A DNA stretch of 64,000 nucleotides, taken from contig OZ210885.1 in NCBI GenBank assembly GCA_964658305.1, forward strand, positions 10,726,001-10,790,000, written 5' to 3'. The DNA is from Leptogorgia sarmentosa. Lineage: Eukaryota. Every line of letters begins with the position of its first letter. Positions within the stretch are counted from its first letter, which is position 1. Under the pieces are notes generated by a model. The model had not been told where the DNA came from, did not search any database, and worked only from the letters and a program-made list of their open reading frames with translations. Positions 1 through 13,405 of the stretch are shown here, in pieces. Both the position numbers and the translations under genes were made by a program.

Positions 1-709
1 TTCAATACTGAGCCGAGTTAAAATGTTAAATTTATTTTAAAAATTAAAGACAAGTAATAAAGCTTACAGCCTGTACATGTGGTCGTGTGAAAGAAAAGAC
101 TTGGAAGAATTGCCACTATTCTAGCTATAACGTCCATCTAACAACATCAGTATTGTGGCTATTTCCACAACAATAGCATGACGATGTTAATTAATGAATG
201 CATATGCATGCAAATCAAGTGCATGATATCAATTCACGTGTGTGATATTTTAAGTCATAAGCAAGTAAGTCATAAGCAAGTAATCATCTCGAAGTAAGTG
301 AGTTATTCAAGCATATATTAACTCAAGTTAGCAGTCGTCAACAAGTTATTTAAGCATTCCTGCACAAATTGGTAAGAGACTGTATTTGTATGTATTATGT
401 AGATTCCTGTATATATTTTCATGCTTGTACAAATTCTGTTATATAATAGTAAATATTCGCCTCTTCTAGGAGTTTTACCGGCGAATCTACCGTGTTAAAA
501 CGTGTGCAGAAATAGAAGTGTTTATCAGATATCGTTTTCAATTTTGTACGACCTGTACAATCAGACTTCTATCTTTAACTTCGCATGAATTTACGTTTAC
601 CAACGCTGTACTGGATATTATTTTGCCGTATTACTGCAACTTGGCTACTCGAGCTACATCCCATTAAAAATCGTCCCTATACCTTGAAAATAGCCTTATC
701 ACAACATAC

Positions 710-1041
710 CGTGTATTTTCTTAACCAAGATTCCGCTGCAACAATATCACTGAACGACACATCTCCACCAAGGACTCTGACGAGGGTGTTAATCAGTTTC
801 AAGCGATCAGGTGTTTGACCAATGTCAAGCCAGACAACTTGACGAGATTTTGAGACTTCCCAGGCAACAGCTTGGGCTAACACCGTCTTACCGAGGCCTC
901 CCATTCCACGGATACCAACGTCGCCACCATGACGTCCAACAACACCCACTTTATTTCCCTGCTTGAGTAACTCCAATATCTCGGTTACTTCTGATGGCCT
1001 TTCCACCATGTGAGCAGGTAGATTGCGTAATCCATACGGAA
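710..1041 (-). CDS. Exon 4: NB-ARC NTPase N-terminal part
   Basis: LPAHMVERPSEV..., Walker A GMGGLGKT; acceptor ttctAG at 1043-1042, donor GTATGT at 709. Confidence 0.8.
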
Positions 1042-4000
1042 CTAGAATATCGAATAAAATACAGATGATAATTTTGAAATCACTCTGCTGCATGCTTCAA
1101 ATAATTGTGTATACCAGAATGCATATTTGCACAATTTCAACTTTGAACATTAATTTCGTTAAATATTTTACGTCGCTCTGGCATTAAAATCTCTTGCTAC
1201 AGTTTGCAGTGAATTGTTATTGAAGTGAGTCTAAACTTTATTTAAACTTTCCCAAGAAAAGCAATTTGTAGTGTGCATTACAATTATTGATGAGAAGTTT
1301 GTGGCCGTTCCTATTTGGTCGTTTATGCGTGCGCGCAGAAGGTGCTAATTGGTACAGTCTTTCCTCACCACCTGTACTGCAGGGTGAGAGAACTTGGAGT
1401 ACGGTATGATTTTGAAGTGCTGTCCACTGGGTGCAGTGGTGATATAAAGATATATAATATCAAACTACCGTTCCTAATCATCGAGGTCACTCGTGTGCAT
1501 ATACTATATCGAAATTGCATTCGAAACCATGCCAATATGCACCTATACAAATAAGAATTAGACATTCTAGGGTATAATTCGGCTTCTGGACAGCCGACGT
1601 GTCATTGAATATATCGCGCAGAGTCCATTTCAGTTGAAGCTTTCAAATTATGCTATAGAATAAAGCTATAAACATCATTTACAGCATGGATTTTTTGAAA
1701 GTAGTGCAAACGAATAGTGACATCTCGGTAATCAGAGCTTCTAAAGTCACAGAAGTGGCAACCAGCAAGCTAACCAGTCTCTTCATACAAGTCACATAAT
1801 TTTGCCGACAGAACACTTTTCCCATCGCCGGGACCTCCATTTAGGATCATAACTCTCGATTTCGTATCGTGAAGCCATTTTTCAAAGTCGTCAAAGAACC
1901 ATTGCGTGGTCCCTTCTTGAAATTTTCGAATAAGCTGGTCAATCTTTCCATTAAATACAAATTTAGCTAATTTACAGAAGATTTTACATTTTCTACCACA
2001 GTTCGCAAAAGAAGAAGCATTTAACTACTATGAGCAACATTTAAGCATTCTTGTCGCAATTGAGTTGCGTCAACTTTTCATGAGCGTTTTTTATTTGGTT
2101 GTGACCTACGCAGTTAACCCGCCCAACATTAAAATTCATTTTTTAGTGATGATGAGTGCGACAGCGCGTACTGCACTGCCAATGCTTTCGGATTCCCACT
2201 AAATCTGGGAAGTGTTAGAAGACATGTTGTATTCCTGTTGCCGTTTACTCTAACGAGATATTTTCCAACAAGAAATTCTTAGAAACAGAACGTTGAAGTC
2301 CGGGAAGGTTCGTGGGGGACAAATTTTGAAAATTGAATGGCTGCCTGATACTAGAGTACTCTGTAAATTTTCCTGCATAATATATTTTGCATAAATATAA
2401 ATAGTTTCCCATCTTTCCTAGTTAATTGAAACACTACCTTTTTTCTCTGCAAAATCTGAATGCTCCGTCCACGGCTTTTTCTGACGACATTCGATTTCAT
2501 CTGTTTTTTCCGACAGACGTTTAAGCTCCATTGAATGATGTTCAAGTTTATCTGAGTTCTCAGCTGCAGACCTTTCAACCTCTGTAATTTTGCGAAGCAG
2601 TGTGGATTGTATGCTATCGAGTTTCTCCATCACTGGATTTATCTGAATAGATAAAATTGATTTAGTAATAATAACAATTTACGGGCTGAAACAAATTTGA
2701 AATCACTCTCAACTTCACAAAGCGGCTTAAGGTGTGTGATGTAATAATAGTTATAATCTAACGTTATTAGTATAGGTAATTGTATGGTTTCGAGTGCAAT
2801 TTGGAAAAAAAACATGCACGAGTGAGTTTTTCAAAGACATTAAAAATTGCACGAGTCCAAAGGACGAGTGCAATTTGAAGTCTTTGAAAAACTCACGAGT
2901 GTATGTTTTTTCAAATTGCATGAGAATTTAAATAGAATATACTTGTCTCGCTTTGTTCGCCCGCTAATATACGGAGATGTTTTGCTTGTCCACCGAGCAC
3001 TTGCTTGAAAGAAGAGAAATCTTTGTCTTTTATTATAAAAAGGTTGTCATCATCGACTGCTGTTAATATCACTTTTAAGTGTCTGGTTCACATTCATCGC
3101 CGTTTCTTTTTTCAAATCGCAGTTTTCGTTCAGCATAAAAACAATCGAGCAAAATGTATAATCTAACACCTCTTGCGGAATATTTTGTACTGGCGCTGTA
3201 TTTTCTTTTCAATGCAACACTTTATCCGCACAATCAACCACGAGACTAGATATCTTTGGTGGTATTTTTATTTATTCAAACTATTTGTAAGCCCCTCTAT
3301 CATTTGTCTGTTGCCAAAAAAATCTACTCAAAGATGCAGCCATTATTTAATCCTCGAATAATTTCATATTTTTTATTGTTCGCCAGAAATGGCTTAATCT
3401 TATTGGCTAGCTTTATAATCTCAGCCAATCAGAAGGCGTAAACATCTGAAGAAATTTGCACTGAATTTCTTTTTTTGGCACTGAATTTCCTTGTTTGGTA
3501 GCTACTGTATCTCCTTAAAATTGCACTTCTTTCAACCAATCAGAATCGAGAATTTTTTTCATGTATATTATTAGATTAGAGATTAAGATGAGTGTGTAAA
3601 TTAATGAGAGAATATATATGAGCCGAGGACAGAGTTCGTTGCGCTGTGGACGACCTGACAAGTAAAGAGGGCAGGGTCACAAGGATTCGAGAAGAATTAG
3701 TTGGAATTGAAAGCGTGTATCGAGGTGACTGAAAACAATCTTAGGCGAGATGAGTAAAGTAAAATTGTTAGTTCCTGAATGAAAAAAAGGTGACGAAGCG
3801 TAACCAGCGTGGGGTGAACTAAGCTCCAACACTGAAAAGAACCAATTAGGGTCTGATGTCCTGAAGTTTAAAGACAGTCGTTCTATATTTGGAGTGCTCT
3901 AGTCGATAAAAGATGGAGTTATATGCAACTCTCGCCCAGCAAACATGAGAAACAGAAGCCAGTCGCTTAAACAGTTAATTCCCAAATTAAATAGAATTAC

Positions 4001-7000
4001 TGAAGGAGAACTTGAAGGCAATTACTGAGCAAGTCAAGAATCCTCGGGACAGAAACTACGCATTGTGGCTAGCTGAAGAGAGAAGACGGAAACTCTGTGG
4101 ACTTGTTTTGTTTGAACTGCGACGCACGCCCGTGTGCTTAACCGTCTGAGCTTTATCAATATTTTCCTGACTTTAATGGTTGGGATTCTTGAGAAAGGGA
4201 AAATTGCTTCGCCGATCTTTTACGGGCTACCCACATGCGTACCTATTTTTCCTCTCTTATAAATTGGCCCTTTTTTCTCAACATTTTCGAATTGCCATCG
4301 AATAATTTTTACCTCACTGTGAGGACGAAATATTCCAATGTTTGGTCGACACAGATGTAAAGTCGAATACGAGCTAAAATTCGTCTTCTGTCGATTCTGA
4401 ATGGCATACTTCTAGCTACTGTTTACAGTCACAAGTTAATCTGCAATAATTAGAATTTTGTGTGAAATGTTCGCATCGTAATTCGTAACGAGGATGACAA
4501 TACTTATGTCGTAAAGGCTTAAATATCAGCGACAGAGCACAAATCATGGCGGAGCAAAATAACTGTTGTGATGAAGCGTGGGATTTCACTTCTACTGAAG
4601 GCTGAATATAAGCCCCCGGCCTGTTCAAGGCCCTATTTTGACGCTTACAATTAAAGTACAATCACAATAAAATACATGAAGTGGAGAATATTTTTGGAAT
4701 ATTTTATCGAATATTTTATTCACTTCTTCCACGCACTCGATTGCAAAAAAAATCATCGCAAAACAAGGAATTCATGATCGATTTTAAAAGATTAAGCACT
4801 AAGTTAGAGATCATATGAATAAAAAAACAAAAATCGTCATCTAAAACAGTTGTTTGCTAACTTTTTGCCATGTTTTGGAATGTGCTTCGCTTGTGCCCGC
4901 GATTTTTTGGTCAGCGACAAATTTCCCACCTGTACTTGTGACATAAGACATAAGGTCTATTGAAATTTGATATGCAAGTTTCCTAGTTTCTAAACTTTTC
5001 AGAAATTTGTAGTTCAACGTTGGAATAGCAATTTTGCAAGGAAAAATAATTGTGATCTATCAAAATTTAGTTTTATCTCTTGCCTATGAGAATGGCTCAA
5101 TTGTTTTGCCTAATGGGATATTTATAATATAGTATTTATCAGTAATTGATATGTAGTGTGTTTTATTCATCGGTACACGCTTCGTTCTAAGTGTTCTATT
5201 GCAAACGTCTCCGCAAAAAAGTATGCACATGTTTGACTTGTAACGTTTAACGGGTAAAGCAAAACTCATAAAAACAGCATTATCGAAAAAAAGCACATAT
5301 TGCGTTCCCACGCTGAAAATTTGCACTCGCTCGCATTTGAAACATGTCATATTAATTTGAACTGCGTCTTCCTACTTATTCAACGACTGTTAAATGAAAC
5401 ATCAAAAGTTCCTCAAACCTTTGTGGCGTCCAAATCGTAGTTTTTGATACAACGGCAAAGTTCAGCTACACTTTCTGCAATTAGTTTTGCGTCACGACCA
5501 TCAACAAGAATGTCTGGAAATAATGAAGAAAATTTATCTTAAGTATCACAAACACTATAAATATATCGCTGCTAATGGGCGTAGCACGAAGGATACATGG
5601 AAAAGCATGCCCTGCTGTCCATACAAACTATTTGATAAGCATGGTCTGCCGTCGTTATTAGCAAATTTTATTATGCGGCCAGTGTAGTGGATAGGGGATA
5701 ACAACATCAGCAAGCAGCACATGTCATACCCACTACCTAAACAATGCAAACAGGTTTGGACGTTTTGAATAAAGTAGATTTTTCCATCGGGAATGGGCCA
5801 ATTGCATAATAGACAATTTTTAAAAAATTCAGAGCCACAGCGTTAAAGAGCATCCCAAAGTTAGTAAAATTGTAAAATTTGGTTGAGAAATGTTGTCAAA
5901 TGCGACAAAATATGACCCTGTAAAATTTTCAAATTTTGTTTAGTTTAGTATCACCCATGAAAAATTGATATCCCTTTCGAGAAAAGGCCATCAATTTTGC
6001 GTGCGTGAAAGACAAAAAAAATTGGCAATATTGAGTAAGGCCCGTTTCAAGCGTCGAATTTTGGTCGCATCGAATGCAATTCAAACAATGGATAATGAGA
6101 TGACTAACTTCATTATCCATTGTTTGAATTCCATTCGATGCGACCAAAATTCGACGCTTGAAACGGGCCTTAAACATTCGCTTTTATTCGACTTTTGAAT
6201 GACTGAAGTTTTGAACACAAATTTCGAACTGGAAGTCAAGTCAACAATTTTGATTTTATGCATGATCATATATTAGTTGTACAATACTGTATACGATGTT
6301 GAATACGGTATTAAATGCATTTGTCAAGGCATTTAATTTCTGCACTTATATGAAGGTCTAAAAATGAATCACTGTCTTCAATTAAACACTAGATTTCTTC
6401 GTAAAGCTTCAAAGTACACTATGATGCAAGGCCCCATGCGATACGACCCCATGTAATTCCAAAGATCATATTTAGAATTGCATTGAATTGTGTTGTAGTA
6501 TATGGATCAAATTGGATAATAATAATAATAAATGAATAATAAGAGAATTTTTTTCCACACATGGGGGTTTTCTTACAGGAGATCAAAAATGATCTGCGCA
6601 AACATATTTAAAGGCATGATGAGATTCCGGCAATAATGCTAATAATACAGTACCTGTTTTATTCCAGAAATCTAGTTCATCACAAATTTTTGTTTTGTCA
6701 GCTGTTGGTAAATTAAACAATTTGACCAAAGATTCCATTCCTTGAAACGAGGCATTAAACATATGTACTGTCCATTCAGAGATGTTACAATGAGCCCATG
6801 GGTTTCTGATGTCCGACCGTATTTTCTTTGCTTCAGCTGCAGCGCCAGAAGATACAAAAGGAGCTGCCTCACCCATAATAGTCAAAAGTGCTGACATATC
6901 CATGGTCTCGTCAAATCCAGTGCAATGTGCCATAAACTCCTTGAGGAATAGTTTCGCCAGCGACAGAGAATCTTTAACAGCATAATCATAGGCGGAAGCT

Positions 7001-7272
7001 CGGTTATGGATACGGTTGTTGTTGATGTTCCTGTACTCCAGCCTCTGTTTGGAAGGAGGTAATTTCTTCTTGTGCTTTGTAAAATCTTGCTTTTGAATTT
7101 CATCAGGTGGTTGGCATAAAGAATGATACCATTTCCCAAGTTCAGTGGCGACAACTTTCCTCAATGCAGGTGCAAGAACTTTGGTAAAGGCAATGCCAAC
7201 TAAAACCCAATGTTGTTCTTCCTCCGATATCTTTTCGCTGCTACTCGGTAGAGAATGTGCCGATCTATCCAT
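710..7272 (-). CDS. Multi-exon NLR/STAND-like gene: DZIP3-like HEPN domain, coiled coil, NB-ARC (APAF1-type) NTPase; probably continues off the left edge of the window
   Basis: Phase-compatible GT-AG exons 7272-6654 (phase 1), 5513-5419 (phase 0), 2642-2438 (phase 1), 1041-710. Exon 1 carries the HEPN Rx4H motif IRNPWAH. Exon 3 is heptad-like (LDSIQSTLLRKITEVE). Exon 4 has the P-loop GIRGMGGLGKT and a VVWLDIG motif typical of NB-ARC. Confidence 0.75.
1700..1975 (-). pseudogene. Degenerate NACHT NTPase exon (Nephrocystin-3/HET-E N-terminal type) lying in intron 3 of the NLR-like gene
   Basis: Manual translation: KLAKFVFNGKIDQLIRKFQEGTTQWFFDDFEKWLHDTKSRVMILNGGPGDGKSVLSAKLCDLYEETG*LAGCHFCDFRSSDY. 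Walker A GGPGDGKS near 1815-1838; in-frame TAG at 1772-1770. Confidence 0.8.
2770..3575. mobile_element. Non-autonomous interspersed repeat with an internal palindrome
   Basis: Inverted arms caatttggaaaa..acgagtgagtttttcaaagac / gtctttgaaaaactcacgagtg..tcaaattg (about 2795-2920). The right boundary is approximate. Confidence 0.45.
6038..6170. mobile_element. Hairpin MITE
   Basis: Near-perfect inverted repeat AGGCCCGTTTCAAGCGTCGAATTTTGG... / ...CCAAAATTCGACGCTTGAAACGGGCCT, flanked by TA on both sides. Confidence 0.8.
6654..7272 (-). CDS. Exon 1: HEPN-domain (DZIP3-like) putative RNase effector
   Basis: ORF from ATG 7272; EEQHWVLVGIAFTKVLAPALR N-terminal helix; RNPWAH motif near 6790-6807; donor GT at 6653. 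Confidence 0.7.
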
Positions 7273-7492
7273 TTGATATAAAAAATGAGGGTTTAGAATT
7301 CTAGCAGCGAAAGCATAATTGTGTAATCAGTACAGGCGAGATTATCCTCAGAGAGCTAGTTTTCAAGGCTTTAAAATTATCTAAAAGTGAAATTTCCTGG
7401 TGTGGATTCATTTGGTAACAACTGGCTTGGAACATTAAAATAATTCGGTAACCTTACATGACTACATTTATCACAAATACATTTTAACTGCT

Positions 7493-7622
7493 TTAGCCAG
7501 ATGTTACACGGGATGATTTTCAACGACGATTCGAAATGCCAATGAAGTTGCGCGAGATTTGATTGGTTAGATTTGATTGATTTCATTGTCGTTAAAAATC
7601 GTTTTGTGTAACATCAGCTTTA
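7493..7622. mobile_element. Short degenerate MITE
   Basis: gatgttacacgggatgattttcaacgac / gtcgttaaaaatcgttttgtgtaacatc inverted arms. Confidence 0.5.
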
Positions 7623-10600
7623 GCAACACAACAATCAGACATTGTTGGCCGCAATTACTGATTCACGGCCCCCCTCTTAGCGTCGGCTATATTGTGCATA
7701 CACAGAAATTCAAAAATTGTCGCCAAATTTGAACTTCTGGACGCACTCTCCGTCGGTGTTCGTGGTAACTTATGGACTTCTTCAATAGTGAACAACAGAA
7801 TATTGCTACAATCAGACAACTTTTGTTTAATGATTGTAAGGATATCAGTCAACTACAACGTTTCGCACATCAGAAGCTGCCATTTATTGTGAAATATATA
7901 TATATAACGGTCTCATACCATGCCTTGCATCATAGGCATGAAATTGTAAATCCCAGTGTATGCCCGAGTGAAATGTGTAAAGAGGCCTAAATTAAGATTG
8001 ATAGTTCAAACCTTTGGATTCGATTCCCCATGGTTTTTACCTCATTCTATAGTGACGCCTCCACAGAAACCTGAAACGATAATAAATGCTGGATTAACGT
8101 TGATCGAGAAGGACAGAAAAACGACTATGGCTGGAAGCACTAGACATGTTCATTCACTTAGTGCAGGAAGTCTGGGTGGGTGGTGAAAAACAATATTATC
8201 AGGCAGGAAAAGTTCTACTTACCAGCGGAGCTAAATGATACAATAAGATTCGACGTTCGGACCAAAGGCCGTTGTCTCAAACTAAAACATTTTTGCACAT
8301 TTATGTAGCTATAATATCCACGGCACCATATCTTTATGGCAGATATTCAAATAACGTTTTAACCACGTTCGCAACATACTCACACATTGTTGAAACTTGG
8401 CAACGTTATAATGACTGATTCAATGTCCTAGTCTATAGCGTCCGCCGTATTGTGTGCACAAATATTTCATCCCCCGAACACGAGCTGAATAAAACTGACA
8501 CTTTAAAACGAAGAACATAAATTTTCGTGTTTTAACTTTGCTTTCTATACAATCACATGAATAAATGTAAAGCATCTCATACTTTGAATGATGTAGTATG
8601 TGTTTTTAAAATGAAATATAGAGAGATTTAGACCTTTACGTGTGTACGCGTAAGCCTTAATTCTGATAGGGAAAATTCCCTTGCAATGGCGACAACACAA
8701 TCAGGTATAACAAATGGAATAGTGACATTTTGAGAGGAATTCTGTCCAAATTGTGACATACTGAAACAACGACCTATCAACTCGAATGTTTTAGGTGGCA
8801 ATGTTGATTGTTTTTAAAAATCCGACAAGCCAGATGAGTACAACTGGACAGTGCATTTTTAAGGAATTTTCATTACTGGGCAAAAACTGCCAAAGGGCAA
8901 ATCAAAAAAGATTTTTGAAAAAATCTCAGCTTCCCCATAACAAAGCTTTGATAGAGAAATTTGCAATAAATTGCACGCTAAGCATTCAAACACAACCATG
9001 CCGCAAGTATAAAATGGGTGAAGCGCATACGCAGTTACCAAAAATTATTTCTGAGAATTTCTGAGTGGTTGTCAAGGTACGGGTATGATTTCCTGCTACA
9101 CCAATCGGCAACAAAATAATTTTTTGTTTTATGTTAGTATACTATTAGTATAGAACGATGAAAAAATATAGTTTTAAACTTCTTTTCAATGTTAAGCTCA
9201 TTTTTTACTCAATACAGGTCCTAGGGCTCTGGCTTTGGGGCAACTGGCCAATTTTTTCTTCAGTGGTTGGGCAGAGGAAAGGACCAGTGGGGAAAATGCC
9301 CACCAGTCCATAGCATTAAAAAAAGCCATGCGAGTAGAAAAGATTGACCTGTAAACATCCGGATTCGTGCTTCGCGCTTCGTTATGTTAATGGTATTTGC
9401 AAATTTACTGCCATTAAATACACTGTATTTGTTTCGTTATGTGTGTCATTCATGCCGTGCCATTCTAATGCAATAATCGCTCGAAAATACGCTTCACTTT
9501 ACGCAAAACATTGTTCGGCACAATTCATAATTTCCCTCCTGAAATACGCATATATAGTACAATGGAGGCCAGGGCATAATAAACATGCAACCACAAAATC
9601 GTCCGCTATAATACGGACGGAATCTATCAACTTTTAGACTGAAATGTTGCCAATCATATACTATAGTTTTTAATGAAACTTGTAAACAAACTTGCGTGAG
9701 GTATATACTGCTATTATTGAAGTTTGCTTTCCTATGAATTTGAAGACTTCGTCGCAACCTAATTAGTCAAGAACAGCAAATTTGCTAACAGCGCTACAGA
9801 CTGAGCGTTGCTAAGATGCAGAAAAGACGCTGAAACCCTGAAAGCAATAAAGGTCCACCTGTTGTTTGGTCCCTGGTTATTGCATGCTCAAGTCTGTATT
9901 GAATAAGCCCGAAGTGAGGATGGAGGCTGCTTTGTTTGGCAATGCTCAATTCAATTTATGATGTTCAACATCATGAAGATTTAGAAATACAGATACAAAA
10001 GGAGAGAATTAAACTACCCACAAAAAATGAAGTTCTAATTTTAACATTATGTTGAAATTGGGTTAATGTCTGAGTGCGATGTAATAACTTATCGACAACC
10101 AGCAACCCCCCCCCCCCTATCTACATATTAAATGATGCCACAATAAGGTTTGACATTTTGAACAACTGCGTCCTTTGTGAGGAAATATTGTGGGAGATGA
10201 GAGACACATGGGGTTATATACAATTGTATTAAGTAATCTATATATGTAGGTGACTAAAATAAAAACCATATTGGAAAACCATTGACAACAAAGATGTTAA
10301 TATGTTCACCCTCATAAAAATAATATGTGCACTTTTCCTTAACTATCAACACTGATTCTCGATCAAGGAGCACCTCATACTTGTCGATTCTGTTATCCGC
10401 TGGTAATACTGACCACATTCTGAAGTTTGTTACGGGACAATTAACTTACCTTAATTTATTTTATAATCTCAGGAAACTAAATGTTCTAATTTGGCAGCCT
10501 TGATTCAGGTTGAAAATCAAGTTTTTCACACTCTGTATTGTTGTTGGATGATGTCAACAGCTGAACCAATCACATTTCTATAAGGAGATCAGAAAATGGG

Positions 10601-13405
10601 GCAGAGCCAGTGTTAATTTTGACAAGAAATCAACAATTTCATTGATGTTTCATAGACCAACTAAATGATGTGGTCTACTTTATTATAACATGACCCAAAC
10701 AAAAAATCAGTACCCCCTCCCCTTGTTCTCCCCCACCCTCCATCTATACTCTAAGCTATCAGCAAAGTACAGGAATATATAATAAATGAGGTAATCAATG
10801 TGAGGATTATATATACTGTAGCTACCATGTTTAAGACCTGATCATGACCAGGGATGGGAAGTAAAACACTTAATGTTCTTTGGCAGTATCTGTGGCATTT
10901 GATTTTGTTTGGACAGTATTATATAACAACTGAGCAATAACAACCAACCATCTGCACAAATACAAGATAAATCTACATGAACTTAAAGTTATTACTCAAC
11001 AGGTGACTTCTATACCTCGGTCAGTCAGAATGCTGGTCTGGAATCTCATGGTTACAATTCCTGACAGTCAGGTTTTATAGATTCAAACAGTTTATAAAAC
11101 TTATATCATAAGCTAACAAATCTAACAATGAAAATTAAAGTAAAATGTGCGAGAGGCAGGGGGGATTTTTCCAGTAAGTGGCAGAAAGAAACTCATGTCT
11201 AGTTTGACAGTTTATGTACATGCAAACTGGAATTTAAGGAATGAAAACATGTGGGCAAAAAACATGCATGATTTGTTTTGCAGTTTCAGGCCCAGTCATA
11301 TTCTCTCTGCAATAAAATTTGGATTTCACATTCAATGCATTATTTTCAATCAGCAATTCAATCCATCCAGATTGAAATCAAAATCAAAATTGACTCAATC
11401 CAGAATGATGTAGTCAAATCTAATCCAATCCCTTATTAGCCTTATGATTTCAAAACACAAATGAAATATGTAGATCTGATCTAAATCTGAGGTAAAAACA
11501 CTCTAAATTCAATTGTGACACTTGAAATTTGCAGTGAAATATAACATCAGTATGTAAATCAATATGGTTTTATAGAACTTCAACTCAATGTGAAAATTTT
11601 TGAGGGAAGTTAATGCGTCTTAATATTGAGTAAAAATTATACACATGCTGGGACAGTTGCTGCAATGTATTAAAATGCTCCAAAATGTCTTTTTGTCAAA
11701 TTAAATTTCTGGTTGTGTAGTTTTTACTTTTTGATGGAGATTGACATCCTTGTAACATCAAAACATGATTGAATTCTTGTGGTATAAAACAGCTATAAAT
11801 ATATGTAACACAAAACTTGTTTGCTGTGGGCAAATAATAGAATTGTCTTCACTATTTAATAAATTTATATTAAGCATAATATAATTGTACTGAAAGAATG
11901 TGGGTTAGCAGAGCAAAAGCTAGAGGTTTTGGTGGTGTTTTTAGAGCAAGTGAAGGCCCTGTGTAACAGGGAATGCTCTGGATTTATGTGCCATGCTAGG
12001 AATCACCAGCTAGGTCACAAACTATTGATGCAATATACAACTTGATGCATGCTGTACTACAGTATAAAGTCAATGATGATAGGGTTAGAGTTTCTATATC
12101 ATTTATTAATGTATGTCTGAACACAGCTTGGCTTAGTCACTGCCAAGAAATTTGTATGGAATGGGCTGGGATGCCTTAGAGAAGCTGTAGGAAAAATCAT
12201 TAATGAAGGGGACAAAATTAGCCACTGAATTCACCAAAGTGACACAGTATATATTGTTATGAACACCCTGTTTCATGAGAAGGTGAATTTTAGCCTACGT
12301 AGTTACTGATATTATTTCACTAACATTAAATCATGATTGTAACCTTGTCATATGAAATGCAGTTATAAATATTTGTAAGCAAATCTTGCTTAGTAAGCCA
12401 TATTCCCCTCATGAGCAATTTCTATTAGCATTAGTAATATCAGTATTGAAAAATTCCGTGTTAACAGAGCGAAAACTTTTAGGTTTTAGTGGAGTTTTCA
12501 GCAAATAAATTCTGATAGGGATATAAATTCGCTTGAAATGGCGATCAATACAATCATGTATGGCAAAATATAAACGTACAGCATGAAGATTTAGCTTCCG
12601 GCTTTGGTCTTTCGCAGTTCGTTCATTATTTCGAGCATATTATACCTATTTGTAACCTTATTACGGTTGAATATATTTGTTCCGTCATTTGTGTCGTTCA
12701 TGTCTAACGTATTTTCCTTTCAACGGGTATATTGCTTCCCTAACACACGGAATCTTCGCAGCTCTGTGACGGGAAATCCTACGGGAATTTCTTTGGTTTA
12801 CTAGACATTTAAATCAAACTCACCTCGTTTCTTATTCCTTGTCCCGCTTTCAATTACTCGTCAATGTAGTATGATTGCGATTATATTGACAGAGAACGAA
12901 ATACATGAAACTCACTGCTACAATAAAGCACAGACTGGCTAAAATATTAAAACTCTGAGTGTAATCAGAACATGGCTTGAGAAAAGGGGAAATCCCTTTC
13001 AATTTCCGGCAGATTAAAATTCAGCCTGCGAGAACTTGAGAATGCCTTAGAAATAGTTTTAAATTTCCTTGAATTTTCCTTTAGTTTCTATCAATATGTC
13101 ACTTCGATTTCTCTATCGTGCTACCATCAGACGTGAAAGTCAAACATATTTTATAACCATATTGTATACAAAGAGAAAATGACGGTAACACATCTATCTA
13201 AGGCTTAAAATGTCGTTTGTCAAATTCAGGTAGAGTTATGACTTTTGCTGCCTTTATTTCACTAAATACATCACACTTGCCCACATTTCACTAAGACCTC
13301 TGCTCTAAAATATCATCTTGGAGGCTCAAAATGAAAGTGGAGATTAATCACAGTCTACGTAGCCAAGAGCTATGCGATACTACCCCCATTACAATCTCTA
13401 AATTT

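Noticed and set aside
3600..4250. Possible retroelement remnant
   Set aside because: No recognisable motif recovered by manual translation.
5929..6269. Overlapping ORFs on both strands
   Set aside because: Produced by the palindromic MITE.
8300..13400. Short ORFs in the AT-rich intergenic region
   Set aside because: No motifs or consistent exon chain found.
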